A stretch of DNA of 64,000 nt, taken from positions 2,752,001 to 2,816,000 of the forward strand of contig OZ243927.1 in the NCBI GenBank assembly GCA_965213925.1, read 5' to 3'. The notes beneath the pieces were generated by a model. That model was given only the letters and a program-made list of their open reading frames with translations, was not told the DNA's origin and searched no databases. A program made the translations under genes and the position numbers. This document shows, one piece after another, positions 1 through 11,893 of this stretch. The DNA comes from Trueperaceae bacterium. Its GTDB lineage: Bacteria > Deinococcota > Deinococci > Deinococcales > Trueperaceae. How positions within the stretch are numbered: the first letter of the stretch is position 1; each line of letters begins with the position of its first letter.

Positions 1-2
1 AA

Positions 3-1844
3 CTCGTCGACGCAGTGGCAGAGGTCGGTGTTATCTTGCTGCTCTTCACCATCGGCATCGAGTTCAGTTTGGATAACCTCATGCGCATCCGGCGGCTTTT
101 GTTCGTCGGCGGCGGCGTGCAGGTGGGGCTCGTTACGCTTACCGTCACGGTGATCATGCTACTTGCCGGGGTGGACTGGCGGGCGTCGCTCTTTACGGGA
201 ATGCTGATCGCCCTTTCGTCCACCGCCATCGTCATGAAGCTCTTGGACAGCCGCGGCGAGACGAACGCGCCCTCAGGTCAGATTTCACTGGGCATCCTCA
301 TCTTTCAGGACTTGGCGGTGGTTGGCATGGTCATCCTCGTGCCGATTTTAGGGGGTGAAGGCGCGACGTTCGGGGGTGTCGCCCTCTCGCTCGGCAGCGC
401 GGCGGCGATCATCGCGGCGATTCTCCTCTTAGCGCGACGGGTCATGCCGACGATGTTAGAAGCCTTGGCGCGCACCTGCTCGCAGGAGATTTTTGTCCTG
501 GGGGTCATCGCGGTTTGCTTCGGAACGGCCTATTTAACGGGTTTAGCAGGCGTCAGTCTTTCATTGGGCGCGTTCTTGGCAGGCTTACTCGTAAGTGAGA
601 GCCGCTTCGGGTCGCAGGCGTTAGGGGAGATTCTGCCCCTACAAATCATCTTTAGCGCGGCGTTTTTCGTCTCGGTGGGCTTGCTTTTAGACGTGATGTT
701 CTTGCTGCAAAATTTACCCGTCATCCTCGCGGTGATCGTGAGCGTGTTGCTTATCAAAACGCTAGCGGCAACCGCCGGAGCTAAACTACTCGGCTATCCG
801 CTTGGCGTTTCACTCGCGGCGGGGCTCACCTTAGCGCAGGTCGGTGAATTTTCATTCGTGTTGCAGCGCTCAGGCAGCGATGTCGGACTCTTTCCCGCGG
901 GCTTAGAGGGTGCAGGCGAGCAGACGATTATCGCAGCGACGGTTCTGCTGATGGGCATCACGCCTAACTTGGCGACGCTGGGCAACGCCATCAACGCGCG
1001 CTTAGAGCGCCGCCGCAAAGCGCAGGAAAGAGCGGCGTTTGGCGCGGACGAGGGTGAAGCGGAAGGATTAGATGACCTTAACGACCACGTGCTGATCGCG
1101 GGCTACGGCGCGGGCGGCAAACTGCTCGCTTCGGTTTTGCAGCGCGAAGAGGTCCCCTTTGGCATCGTGACGCTGAGCCCGACCGGGGCGACCGAAGCGG
1201 AAGAGGCGGGGATGCGGGCGATGCGCGGGGACTACACGAAGAACTTTATTCTGAACCAAGCCGGGGTTTTGCGCTCGAGGATGCTCGCCATCCTCGACGA
1301 CGAGCCCGAGCACGCAGGAAGGGTCATCGAGGTGGTGAGGGGCTTTAACAAAGAACTCCCTATTCTTACTAGAGCCCAATTCTATAGCGGCGCACTCTCC
1401 TTGAAGCAAGCAGGCTCGACCACCTCTACCGCTGAAGAAATCGAGAGTTTAGTCCCCCTTCTCAGCGACGTTTTGACCTCTTACGGCTCGCGCCGCCGCG
1501 ACCCGAGCAGCGCCCGCTCGCTTCTCATTGAAAACGAGCCCAACGTGCGCGTGGAGACGGTGCAGCTTAGCGAAGCGCAGCGCACTTCAGAAGCGTGCAG
1601 CCACCAGGACGAGGCAAAAGTCGTCACACCTGACGCCGAGGTCTGCTTGGAATGCGTCGAACAGGGCGACACCTGGGTGCACCTGCGCGTCTGCATGACC
1701 TGCGGACATGTCGGCTGCTGCGACTCGTCGAAGAATAAGCACGCGAGCAACCACGCAGAGAAAAAAGCGCACCCCATCATCAAGTCGTTTGAAAAGGGGG
1801 AAAGCTGGGCGTACTGCTACACCGACGAGGTAACGCTGGCATAG
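3..1844 (+). CDS. CPA2-family cation:proton antiporter (KefB/KefC-like) with TrkA-N/RCK domain and C-terminal UBP-type zinc finger; 5' end lies outside the window
   Basis: Motifs AEVGVILLLFTIGIEFS, SSTAIV, ILIFQD, LGAFLAG, LAQVGEFSFV; Rossmann-like HVLIAGYG; C-terminal C-x-H...CLEC...WVHLRVCMTCGHVGCCDSS..KHA..H. The frame is open back to the window edge. Confidence 0.9.
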   Translation, partial: LVDAVAEVGVILLLFTIGIEFSLDNLMRIRRLLFVGGGVQVGLVTLTVTVIMLLAGVDWRASLFTGMLIALSSTAIVMKLLDSRGETNAPSGQISLGILIFQDLAVVGMVILVPILGGEGATFGGVALSLGSAAAIIAAILLLARRVMPTMLEALARTCSQEIFVLGVIAVCFGTAYLTGLAGVSLSLGAFLAGLLVSESRFGSQALGEILPLQIIFSAAFFVSVGLLLDVMFLLQNLPVILAVIVSVLLIKTLAATAGAKLLGYPLGVSLAAGLTLAQVGEFSFVLQRSGSDVGLFPAGLEGAGEQTIIAATVLLMGITPNLATLGNAINARLERRRKAQERAAFGADEGEAEGLDDLNDHVLIAGYGAGGKLLASVLQREEVPFGIVTLSPTGATEAEEAGMRAMRGDYTKNFILNQAGVLRSRMLAILDDEPEHAGRVIEVVRGFNKELPILTRAQFYSGALSLKQAGSTTSTAEEIESLVPLLSDVLTSYGSRRRDPSSARSLLIENEPNVRVETVQLSEAQRTSEACSHQDEAKVVTPDAEVCLECVEQGDTWVHLRVCMTCGHVGCCDSSKNKHASNHAEKKAHPIIKSFEKGESWAYCYTDEVTLA

Positions 1845-1848
1845 GTCG

Positions 1849-1874
1849 TGGGTGGACCCAGATGGGTCCACCCA
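1849..1874. terminator. Perfect inverted repeat, probable terminator between convergent genes
   Basis: TGGGTGGACCCA-GA-TGGGTCCACCCA directly after the antiporter stop codon. Confidence 0.65.
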
Positions 1875-2071
1875 GCTCTCTCCTAGTTCACGGATTCAAA
1901 CCTGCAATCATATCTGAATCATATCTGATAATTTATTTCACAATACTTCTGCTTGTGATTTAATTATTTCGCTTTTTTGTGTAGAGCGGAGGGCAAGGGA
2001 GGTGTTCAGGCGTCAGAAGCCGGTACACTGACGCCTGTTTCTATCCGCCTGCTATGGAGTTCGACGCTCAG

Positions 2072-2554
2072 CTATCCACCTAGCAAGAGCACGAAGGTCA
2101 AAATCACCGCGCCGAGGTTCGCTGCTAAACCGATGTGATGACGAACGATCAAGCGGCTCACCCCGCGCCGTACGTCCTCGATGTCACCGTTGCTATTCGT
2201 CTGCCGGAGGTCTTTAACCGCCGCCGCAATTTTGCCGAACGTCATGAGGTAGCCTGTGACGAGCCAGTAGAAGGCGAGTACAGCGATAGACGCCCCGTCC
2301 CACCCTCGCAGGACGCCCTGATAGACCATCGCCGCCGTCCCGAATAGGATGACGACGCCGTTAGCGGGCGGGAGTAGCAGGGTGAGGCGCTTGAGGGCGG
2401 CGTGGACGAAGCGGATATCGTTATCATCCACTGCGCGGCTATGCTGGTTGAGCCCGAGCCTCAACACGGACCATTCAACGCAGGAGAGCGCGTAGAAGAT
2501 GGCGGTTCCGAATGAGAATATGGCGATGATGAACGTAGGGGTCAACGTGTCCAT
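2072..2554 (-). CDS. Hypothetical 4-TM membrane protein (possibly DUF1772/anthrone-oxygenase-like)
   Basis: Four hydrophobic segments; AGGAG RBS; lies downstream of the monooxygenase on the same strand. Confidence 0.6.
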   Translation of the reverse strand: MDTLTPTFIIAIFSFGTAIFYALSCVEWSVLRLGLNQHSRAVDDNDIRFVHAALKRLTLLLPPANGVVILFGTAAMVYQGVLRGWDGASIAVLAFYWLVTGYLMTFGKIAAAVKDLRQTNSNGDIEDVRRGVSRLIVRHHIGLAANLGAVILTFVLLLGG

Positions 2555-2621
2555 AAAAGCTCCTAAATTAGGGTAAAGCGAGGTAGCTTTACCCCTCTGA
2601 ATTTCCTAAACTTTGCATCTC

Positions 2622-4298
<1,677 letters not shown>

Positions 4299-4311
4299 GT
4301 CTACCTCCTTT

Positions 4312-4339
4312 GACAGTTGTCTACTAAAAGACATATGTT
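4312..4339. promoter_or_regulatory. Candidate TetR operator pair (GACA-nn-TGTC/T)
   Basis: GACAGTTGTC (4312-4321) and GACATATGTT (4330-4339) lie between the divergent monooxygenase and TetR genes. Confidence 0.5.
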
Positions 4340-4413
4340 AAGTTAGAGCGGCGAGCGGGGCGGGGTCAAGCACAAAGATTGGGAAACGTCTAATTCTGGA
4401 CAGAAAGGTCGAT

Positions 4414-5013
4414 ATGTCTAACTTGGCGAGCACAGGTAAGAAACCAGACAGGCGGACGCGGCGTTCGCAGAAGCGGCTCTTCGAGGCGCTGATGGAGCTG
4501 ATTCTCGAGAAGCCTTATGAGAGCGTCACCGTCTCCGAAATCGCGGAACGCGCGGACGTGGCGCGGGCAACCTTCTATCTTCATTACGACGACAAGGACG
4601 CGCTCCTACTCAGCTCGCTCGACGCGCTCGTCGAAACTATCATCGAAGAGGTCAAGGGGTTCTCTCAGCGCGACCTCGTGAGCGGTGTGCCGCACCCTGC
4701 TCTCATCGTTTTCGAGGTGGTGCAGCGCGACCCGGCGCTCTTCCGCGTCATCTTGAAGGGACAGGGGAGCAACCTTTTGCTGAAGCGTCTCAGGCATTAC
4801 GCGGCGCAGACTGCACACCAAGCCACCCAGTCGATGGGCGTCGTGCCGTCTGTGCCGCCCACTTTCATTGCGGACTTCATGGCGGGCGCGATGCTCTCGG
4901 TTATCACGGGTTGGTTAGAGGACGACATGAAAACGCCACCCGGTGAGATGGCGCAGATGTTCTATAGTTTGGTTCGTCCGAGTATTTTAGGAGCGCTGTC
5001 GCTGAAAGGGTAG
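4414..5013 (+). CDS. TetR/AcrR-family transcriptional regulator
   Basis: DRRTRRS...VTVSEIAERADVARATFYLHY HTH; divergent from the monooxygenase. Confidence 0.92.
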   Translation: MSNLASTGKKPDRRTRRSQKRLFEALMELILEKPYESVTVSEIAERADVARATFYLHYDDKDALLLSSLDALVETIIEEVKGFSQRDLVSGVPHPALIVFEVVQRDPALFRVILKGQGSNLLLKRLRHYAAQTAHQATQSMGVVPSVPPTFIADFMAGAMLSVITGWLEDDMKTPPGEMAQMFYSLVRPSILGALSLKG

Positions 5014-5025
5014 AGCGAGGTTGAC

Positions 5026-5553
5026 CTAGCCCGCCCCCGCCAACGTCCAATCCTTAAACGTCGTTGTAATAAGTGCTGTAACAGGCAAGCCGCCGCCGCG
5101 CACCTCGGCTTTCCACTCCTCTAAGCGCGTGTTGTCCTCTTCGACTTTGAACGTCATCGTGACGCTCTGCGAGAGGTCGCCTTCGCGCAGGTCGGCAAGC
5201 TCGAGCTGATAGCGCTCGTCGCCTAAGATAGCCAACGCCCCGTCGCAGCTCAAGGTGGACACGTCGAAGTGACCGAGCCAGCCCTCGTTGCGGCGGAAGA
5301 AGTCGGGAGCGCTTGCGGGTATGCGGCTCTCCTCCTCGAGCACCTCAACATGTACCCCTTCACCCGCGTCACTGACGGCGCTCTGCCGGTACAGAGCGTC
5401 CCGAAAGCCCGCTTTCATGGTGGTCGTGCGCGTCAAACTTTGGGTCTGGTCTAGGGTTTGCGAGAGTCCAGCCAGCAGATTTTCACAGCGCTCCCTAGCG
5501 CTGACGAGCGCCGGCAACGAAAGGACAGCGGTGAGGATGAGGACCTTATGCAT
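5026..5553 (-). CDS. Hypothetical exported protein
   Basis: AGGAGG RBS; signal-peptide-like N-terminus MHKVLILTAVLSLPALVSA. Confidence 0.65.
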   Translation of the reverse strand: MHKVLILTAVLSLPALVSARERCENLLAGLSQTLDQTQSLTRTTTMKAGFRDALYRQSAVSDAGEGVHVEVLEEESRIPASAPDFFRRNEGWLGHFDVSTLSCDGALAILGDERYQLELADLREGDLSQSVTMTFKVEEDNTRLEEWKAEVRGGGLPVTALITTTFKDWTLAGAG

Positions 5554-5801
5554 GTCAACCTCCTGAACCCGAGCACGCGAAGATTTTTATGTGCGCGGGC
5601 TAAGCAAAGTATGGCGCGAGAACGTACAAGAGGGCGTCAAGATTGTTTGAAGGAGCGTTCAGGCGTTCTCTCCCCTTTCAGCCAATTCCACCCGACTTCA
5701 CCTTTCGTTACGTACAGCACGATGTTTTGCGGCGAGAGCGCCTATGGTGACACCATGTTTTCACCGTGTGAAGTAGACAACGTAAACGCGAAGGGGCAAT
5801 T

Positions 5802-7295
5802 ATGTGCGGCATAACGGGTTTGTGGGGCAAGACGGATATTGATGATGTGCGGGGGATGATGGCGCGGCTCGAGCACCGCGGACCCGACGGTTCAGGTACG
5901 TATAGGGGTGAGCGCGGCGTCTTGGGGCATCGGCGGCTCGCGATCATGGACCCGGAGATGGGGCAGCAGCCTTATGAAGAAGAGACGCTCAGCTTAGCGG
6001 CGAACGGCGAGATTTACAACTGGCAGAGCTTGCGTAAGAGCGTGGGCGAGGGGCACACGTTCAAGACCGACGCGGACACCGAGGTCGCCCTGCACCTTTT
6101 CGAGGAGGAAGGCGAACGGTCTTTAGGAGATTTGGACGGCATGTTCGCGCTCGCCTTCGCGAATGAGGAGGAGCTTCTCTTAGCGCGCGACCCTATCGGC
6201 ATCAAACCTCTTTATTACAGTCAGTTCGAAGAGGGCGGACCCCTTCGCTTCGCCTCCGAGATGAAGGCGCTTCTGGGCGACGGTGCGCCGATCTATGAAT
6301 TGCCACCCGGGAGCGCCTACAGCACGAAAACGGGCGTCAGACGTTTCTACGACCTGCCCAATCCCACTGACATGCTCAGCGATGTGGACGACATCGTCGC
6401 TAAAATCCGCCAGACCTTGACCGACGCCACGGAGAAGCGGCTCATGAGCGACGTGCCTTTAGGTGCCTTTTTGTCGGGCGGGCTGGACAGCTCGATCATC
6501 GTCGCGCTGATGATGCAGCAGCGCGAGACGATGCACACGTTTTCGGTAGGGTTAGAGGGCTCGCCCGACCTGGAGGCGGCGCGGTTCGTGTCGGATTATC
6601 TGGGCACGCAGCATCACGAGTACGTGTTTAAGGCGGATGAGGTCAAGAAGGAGCTGCCGAATATCATCTATCACTTGGAGTCCTTCGACCAAGACCTTGT
6701 GCGGAGCGTGATTCCGACGTACTTCACGGCGCGGTTAGCCGCGGAGCACGTCAAGGTCATCCTGACGGGCGAGGGCGCGGACGAACTCTTCGCGGGCTAC
6801 ACGTACTACCGCGACTACGAGGACTACGGCGATCTGCATAACGAACTGCGGCGTTCGGTTTCGGCGATGCACAATGTCAACTTGCAGCGCGTCGATAGGA
6901 TGACGATGGCGCACTCTATCGAGGGGCGCGTGCCCTTTTTGGACACGGCGCTCATCGACCTCGCGCTGCGTATTCCACCTGAGCTAAAGCTACTCCGAGA
7001 AGAAGGCAAAAGACCCGTCGAAAAGTGGGTTTTGCGCAAAGCCTTTGAAGACCTCTTGCCCGAGGAGATCGTCAGGCGCGACAAGGCGCAGTTCGATGAG
7101 GGCAGCGGCACAACGGAGATGCTCGTGAATTTCATCGAGGAGGAGACGCAGGGGATGGACGTGGAGGCGTTCCAAGCCGAGCACTCTAAAATCAACCTGC
7201 GCTCGGCGGAGGAGTGCTACTACTACAGCATCTTTGAAGAGGTCTTTGAAAACCCCGAGCTGATGGTGCCGAATATCGGGCGTTGGGCGAGCTGA
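5802..7295 (+). CDS. asnB: Asparagine synthase (glutamine-hydrolysing)
   Basis: MCGI N-terminus, HRGPD, ANGEIYN, ARDPIGIKPLYY, LSGGLDSS, GEGADELFAGY, EGRVPFLD. Confidence 0.92.
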   Translation: MCGITGLWGKTDIDDVRGMMARLEHRGPDGSGTYRGERGVLGHRRLAIMDPEMGQQPYEEETLSLAANGEIYNWQSLRKSVGEGHTFKTDADTEVALHLFEEEGERSLGDLDGMFALAFANEEELLLARDPIGIKPLYYSQFEEGGPLRFASEMKALLGDGAPIYELPPGSAYSTKTGVRRFYDLPNPTDMLSDVDDIVAKIRQTLTDATEKRLMSDVPLGAFLSGGLDSSIIVALMMQQRETMHTFSVGLEGSPDLEAARFVSDYLGTQHHEYVFKADEVKKELPNIIYHLESFDQDLVRSVIPTYFTARLAAEHVKVILTGEGADELFAGYTYYRDYEDYGDLHNELRRSVSAMHNVNLQRVDRMTMAHSIEGRVPFLDTALIDLALRIPPELKLLREEGKRPVEKWVLRKAFEDLLPEEIVRRDKAQFDEGSGTTEMLVNFIEEETQGMDVEAFQAEHSKINLRSAEECYYYSIFEEVFENPELMVPNIGRWAS

Positions 7296-7470
7296 GTTGC
7301 TGTAGTTTTGCACCACTCGAGACGCTGACTTATTGTCTGAAACGGCGCCACTTGCGGGCGTCAACGCTAAAAAATCGTCTGGTAAAATGGGAAATTTCAT
7401 ACATTTTATGCGTTAAATTCGGCATATCTTCGAAATGTGTTAAGGTAGCGTAAATTTTTAGGAGGCAACA

Positions 7471-7764
7471 ATGGCGCAGAACGAGACCCTTTCCAAAAGC
7501 GACATCATCGACCAGATCGCGGGCGAAGCGGACATGGCGAAAAAAGACGTCAAGACGGTGGTGGACCATTTTTTAGAGGCTATTTCCAACCAGCTTAATA
7601 GCGGCGGCAAAGTGCAGCTCACGGGCTTCGGTACCTTCGAGGTGCGCGAGCGCCAAGCGCGCGAAGGCGTCAAGCCCGGTACGAGCGAGAAGATTCAGAT
7701 TCCGGCGAGCAAAGCGCCTGCGTTCAAGGCGGGCAAGTCGCTTAAAGAGGTTGTGAATAGCTAA
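7471..7764 (+). CDS. hup: DNA-binding protein HU
   Basis: GFGTFEVRERQAREG..P.T...I.IPA...PAFKAGKSLK; AGGAGG RBS. Confidence 0.95.
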   Translation: MAQNETLSKSDIIDQIAGEADMAKKDVKTVVDHFLEAISNQLNSGGKVQLTGFGTFEVRERQAREGVKPGTSEKIQIPASKAPAFKAGKSLKEVVNS

Positions 7765-8075
7765 GCGGACGTTCGCCGCGGACGAAAGGAGGGCGCTCGG
7801 GCGTCCTTCTTTGACGACGCTATTCAAGAAGAGGCGCGGGTCCTACCTTGCGCTTGATTACCGCACAAATCCCCTTCCGAATTGCTTGCCCAGTTCGCCG
7901 TTTCTTGACAGAGGTGCTAACGCGAAGCTCGCCTAAATTTGCGCTTCTCCATCTCGCTGGAGCGTCCTCAACGCTCCCTACGGAAATTACCCGGAAACGG
8001 TACTGCTAAGCGGGTCTCAGACCAGATGAGATTTGCTGACAGTTCCAGACGTATATCTAGCGCTTACCCTCACCG

Positions 8076-8657
8076 TTACAAAAGCCCCAAGCTGCGCGCC
8101 CTATTGACCGCGCCTAAACGGTCTCTGACCTCGAGCTTGTTGTAGACGCTCGCCAAGTAGGTCTTGACCGTCTCCGGGCTGATGCCCATCGCCTTGGCGA
8201 TCGCCTTGTTGCTGCCGCCTGCGCCTAGGAGATGCAGCACTTGCGTCTCTCGAGGCGACAACTCGGGCAGGGTCACGTCGGGCAGCCAGTCGCGCCCCGG
8301 CTCGGACATCATCTTGGTCAGGCGCTCCGTGAGGTCGGCGGGGTCGGTCTCTTTGGAGAAGAACCCCTGCGCGCCCGCCTCGCGCGCCGCTTGGATGACG
8401 GCGTCTTCTTCGAAGGTGGTGAGCATGGCGACGAACACCTCGGGCACGCGCTCGCGAATAGCGCGGCAGGCGTCGATGCCGTTGCAGCGAGGCATTTTGA
8501 CGTCTAACAGGACGATGTCCGGCTGGTGAATTTCGCTCTCCCTGATAGCTCCAAGCCCGTCTTCGACTTGCCCCACCACTTCGAAACCCTGCGCGGCGAG
8601 CGCGTACGACAGCCCGATGCGAAAGAGCGGGTGATCGTCGGCTATGAGGATGCGCAT
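8076..8657 (-). CDS. NarL/LuxR-family response regulator
   Basis: ILIADDHP, LLDVKMP receiver; LSPRETQVL...SNKAIA...ISPETVKTY HTH. Confidence 0.93.
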   Translation of the reverse strand: MRILIADDHPLFRIGLSYALAAQGFEVVGQVEDGLGAIRESEIHQPDIVLLDVKMPRCNGIDACRAIRERVPEVFVAMLTTFEEDAVIQAAREAGAQGFFSKETDPADLTERLTKMMSEPGRDWLPDVTLPELSPRETQVLHLLGAGGSNKAIAKAMGISPETVKTYLASVYNKLEVRDRLGAVNRARSLGLL

Positions 8658-9727
8658 CCTGGTTCCCCTTCTTGTTGCAAGTAGGCTAAGAGCACCGTCC
8701 CGGACGGTCCCGAGGTTTCCGTGACCAAACGTCCGCCGTGCGCCTCGATGATGCGGCGGGCGATGAAGAGCCCCAAGCCGCCCGTGCCCGCAGCGTAGCG
8801 TTTGCCTGCAATGTCTATGGGCTGCGCGTTAAAGGGCTGCGCGAGTCTCTCTAAGGGTGCGGGCAGACCGGGACCGTCGTCGCTGATGCGAATAACGCCG
8901 GGGAACAGCTCGAGCTTAATCTCCCGGCTCGCGTAGCGCACCGCGTTCGAGACGAGGTTGTAGAGCGAACGCTCCAACTCCCGCGCGTCGACCTTTGCCC
9001 GCGCCTCGCCGCTGTAGGTGATGCGCACCGCGCGCTCCTTCGCGAGCGGCTCCGCGCGCCGGACGACCTCGGCGACGATCGGTTCTAACTTCTGCGTCTG
9101 ACATTTCAGCGGCACGTCGTCGCGTTCGAACTTGTGGGCGGCGACCATCTTTTGCACCAGGTCGACGAGGCGCGTGTTTTCGTGCAGGATTTGGTCCACC
9201 AGCGAGACGCGCTCCTCGCGCGAGAGCGCGTCGTTGTCGCGGATCACCGCGAGGAGGTGATTCGTCGCGACGAGGGGCGTTTTGAGGTCGTGCATCAAGG
9301 TCGCCAAAAAGGAGGAGCGGCGCGACTGCTCCAAGGTTACCTGCTGCAAAAGCGCGTCGAACGACTCACTGAGCGCTAGGACCTCTCGGGGCGCGTCCGC
9401 TTGGGCGGAGAGCTTAACGCCCAAGCGGTCCGGCTTGCGCTGCAACGCGCCGATCTGCGCGCTGAGGCGAAAGAGCGGCGCGAGCAGTTGGCGCGAGAGC
9501 ACGTAGCCGATGCCCGCCGAGAGGACGGCAACAGCCACGAGCCAGAAGACGAGCAGAAACCAGAGCCGCGCCGCCTCGTCCGAGGGGTCACCCCAGCGGG
9601 GCAAGAGCACCGCGAGTACGGTGACTAAGTTCGGCAAAAAGGAGAGCACGCCGACGACGAGCGCGACTTGTAGCCGCAGGCTCGGGGGCCACAGGCTGCG
9701 CCGTTTCGGTCTCGAGGGGGACGTCAC
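8642..9727 (-). CDS. Sensor histidine kinase (2 TM, HAMP, HisKA, HATPase)
   Basis: HDLKTPL, NLVSNAVRYA, DDGPGL, GLGLFIA; overlaps the regulator start. Confidence 0.9.
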   Translation of the reverse strand: MTSPSRPKRRSLWPPSLRLQVALVVGVLSFLPNLVTVLAVLLPRWGDPSDEAARLWFLLVFWLVAVAVLSAGIGYVLSRQLLAPLFRLSAQIGALQRKPDRLGVKLSAQADAPREVLALSESFDALLQQVTLEQSRRSSFLATLMHDLKTPLVATNHLLAVIRDNDALSREERVSLVDQILHENTRLVDLVQKMVAAHKFERDDVPLKCQTQKLEPIVAEVVRRAEPLAKERAVRITYSGEARAKVDARELERSLYNLVSNAVRYASREIKLELFPGVIRISDDGPGLPAPLERLAQPFNAQPIDIAGKRYAAGTGGLGLFIARRIIEAHGGRLVTETSGPSGTVLLAYLQQEGEPGCASS

Positions 9728-9739
9728 CCCCTCTCTATA

Positions 9740-11527
9740 TCATTCCCCCGAGGAGAGGACGGCCAAAAATGCCTCTTGCGGCACCTCCACGCTGCCGAGC
9801 TGCTTCATGCGCTCCTTGCCCTTTTTCTGCTTCTCTAAGAGCTTGCGCTTGCGCGTGATGTCGCCGCCGTAGCACTTCGCGGTGACGTCCTTGCGAAATG
9901 CGCGGACCGTCGCCCGCGCCAGAATTTTGCCGCCGATCGCCGCCTGGATCGGCACGGCGAACATCTGCCGGGGGATGACGTCGGCCATCTTGTCGACGAT
10001 CTTGCGCCCGATGCCGTACGCCTTGTTGCGGTGCGCGATGATGGCTAAAGCGTCCACCTTCTCCTCGTTGACCAGCACGTCCACCTTGACGAGCTGGCCG
10101 GGGCGGTACTCCAGAGGCTCGTAGTCCATCGAGGCGTAGCCGCGCGTCAAGCTCTTCAGGCGGTCGTGAAAGTCGTACAGGATTTCGCCGAAAGGGATTT
10201 CGTAGCGCAGTTCGACGCGCCGCCCGTGGTAGACCATGTTCTTCATGTCGCCGCGCCGGTCTTGCAAAAGTCCCATCACGTTGCCGACGTACTCCTCGGG
10301 CACGTAGACGTTGAGTTTAACGAAGGGCTCTAAAATCCGCGCGACTTCGGTGGGCTCGGGCAGTTCGGCGGGGTTCTGGATGCGCAGGGTGGAGCCGCCG
10401 GTGAGTTCGATCTCGTAGATGACCGCCGGAGCCGTCGCGATAAGCCCGAGGTCGAACTCACGCTCTAATCTAGCTTGCACGATGTCCGCGTGGAGGAGTC
10501 CTAGAAAGCCGCAGCGAAAGCCGAAGCCAAGCGCTTCGCTCGTTTCCGGCTCGAAGGTAAACGCCGCATCGTTCAAAGAGAGCTTTTCTAGCGCCTCGCG
10601 CAAGCGGGGGTAGTCCTCTGAGTCAGTCGGGTAGAGCCCTGAAAAGACGACGGGCTGCGCCGCCTTAAAGCCAGGAATCACGTTCTTCGTCGGTTTTTTG
10701 GCGTGCGTGATCGTGTCGCCGATCTGGGTGTCCTCGATGTTTTTAATGCTCGCGGTGAGCCAGCCCACTTCGCCCGGACCGAGTTCGTGCGCGACCGCTA
10801 AGCTCGGCTCGAAGAAGCCGACCTTGTCCACCTCGAAGGTCTTACCCGTCGAGACGATCTTGATTTCATCCCCTTTTTTGACCGTGCCGTCCAGGACACG
10901 GAGAAAGGGGATAACCCCTTGATAGGAGTCGTAGACGGCGTCGAAAATCAGGCAACTCAAGGGCGCGTCTCTGTCGCCTGCGGGCGGCGGCAAGTGCTCG
11001 ACGATCGCTTCTAAAATCGCCTCGACGTTCTCGCCTGTCTTAGCCGAGACCGCCACGGCGAAGTCGCCGGGAATGCCCACGACCTCCTCGAGTTCGGCGA
11101 TCGCGCCCTCCACGTCGGCGTTAGGCAGGTCGATCTTGTTGACGATGGGCAAAACGTCCAGACCGTTGTCAACCGCCAGATACGCATTCTGAATCGTTTG
11201 CGCCTCGACCCCTTGCGAGGCGTCGATGACGAGCAGCACGCCTTCGCACGCCCTTAGCGCGCGCGAGACCTCATAGTTGAAGTCTACGTGTCCCGGCGTG
11301 TCGATGAGGTTGAACATGTAGCGCTCGCCGTTTTTCGCCTGATAGTAGAGCCGCATCGGGCTCGCCTTGATGGTGATGCCGCGCTCGCGCTCCAACTCTA
11401 AGGTGTCCAACATCTGGTCACGGCGGTTGCGCTCGCTGACGCTCTGAGTCAGCTCCAAAATGCGGTCGGCGAGCGTTGACTTGCCGTGGTCTACGTGCGC
11501 GATGATTGAGAAGTTACGGATTTCCAT
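9740..11527 (-). CDS. lepA: Elongation factor 4 (LepA)
   Basis: [55 protein letters not shown]; start moved to MEIRNF. Confidence 0.98.
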   Translation of the reverse strand: MEIRNFSIIAHVDHGKSTLADRILELTQSVSERNRRDQMLDTLELERERGITIKASPMRLYYQAKNGERYMFNLIDTPGHVDFNYEVSRALRACEGVLLVIDASQGVEAQTIQNAYLAVDNGLDVLPIVNKIDLPNADVEGAIAELEEVVGIPGDFAVAVSAKTGENVEAILEAIVEHLPPPAGDRDAPLSCLIFDAVYDSYQGVIPFLRVLDGTVKKGDEIKIVSTGKTFEVDKVGFFEPSLAVAHELGPGEVGWLTASIKNIEDTQIGDTITHAKKPTKNVIPGFKAAQPVVFSGLYPTDSEDYPRLREALEKLSLNDAAFTFEPETSEALGFGFRCGFLGLLHADIVQARLEREFDLGLIATAPAVIYEIELTGGSTLRIQNPAELPEPTEVARILEPFVKLNVYVPEEYVGNVMGLLQDRRGDMKNMVYHGRRVELRYEIPFGEILYDFHDRLKSLTRGYASMDYEPLEYRPGQLVKVDVLVNEEKVDALAIIAHRNKAYGIGRKIVDKMADVIPRQMFAVPIQAAIGGKILARATVRAFRKDVTAKCYGGDITRKRKLLEKQKKGKERMKQLGSVEVPQEAFLAVLSSGE

Positions 11528-11893
11528 TGCCAGTATTGTACCGGAGAAGCGCGCCGCGAACTGACGTATGCACACAGAGCGGAAGTTCACACCGCGTAAC
11601 TAGGGCGAATACCTGCATTATTTGTAGCATTTGTGAGGGCTTGTGGCGTGCGAGTAAAAGAGAAACTCATGCCTTGCAGAAATACACCACGCTGTCTCAA
11701 ACGCAATTTCTTACCAAAGGCTGTTAGCGTTTTAGGTATAAGCTCAAAAGCTTTTGCTAACGGCTAATAGCTTGGTACTGAAACTTTTTACAGCCAACGG
11801 ATAGAGGCAAGGCTTGAGACAAAGTAGGGTTGATGAAGGGACAATTTCTAATTTCTCACTGTTTCAAATCTCTGGTGAGGTTACGCTACGAGC

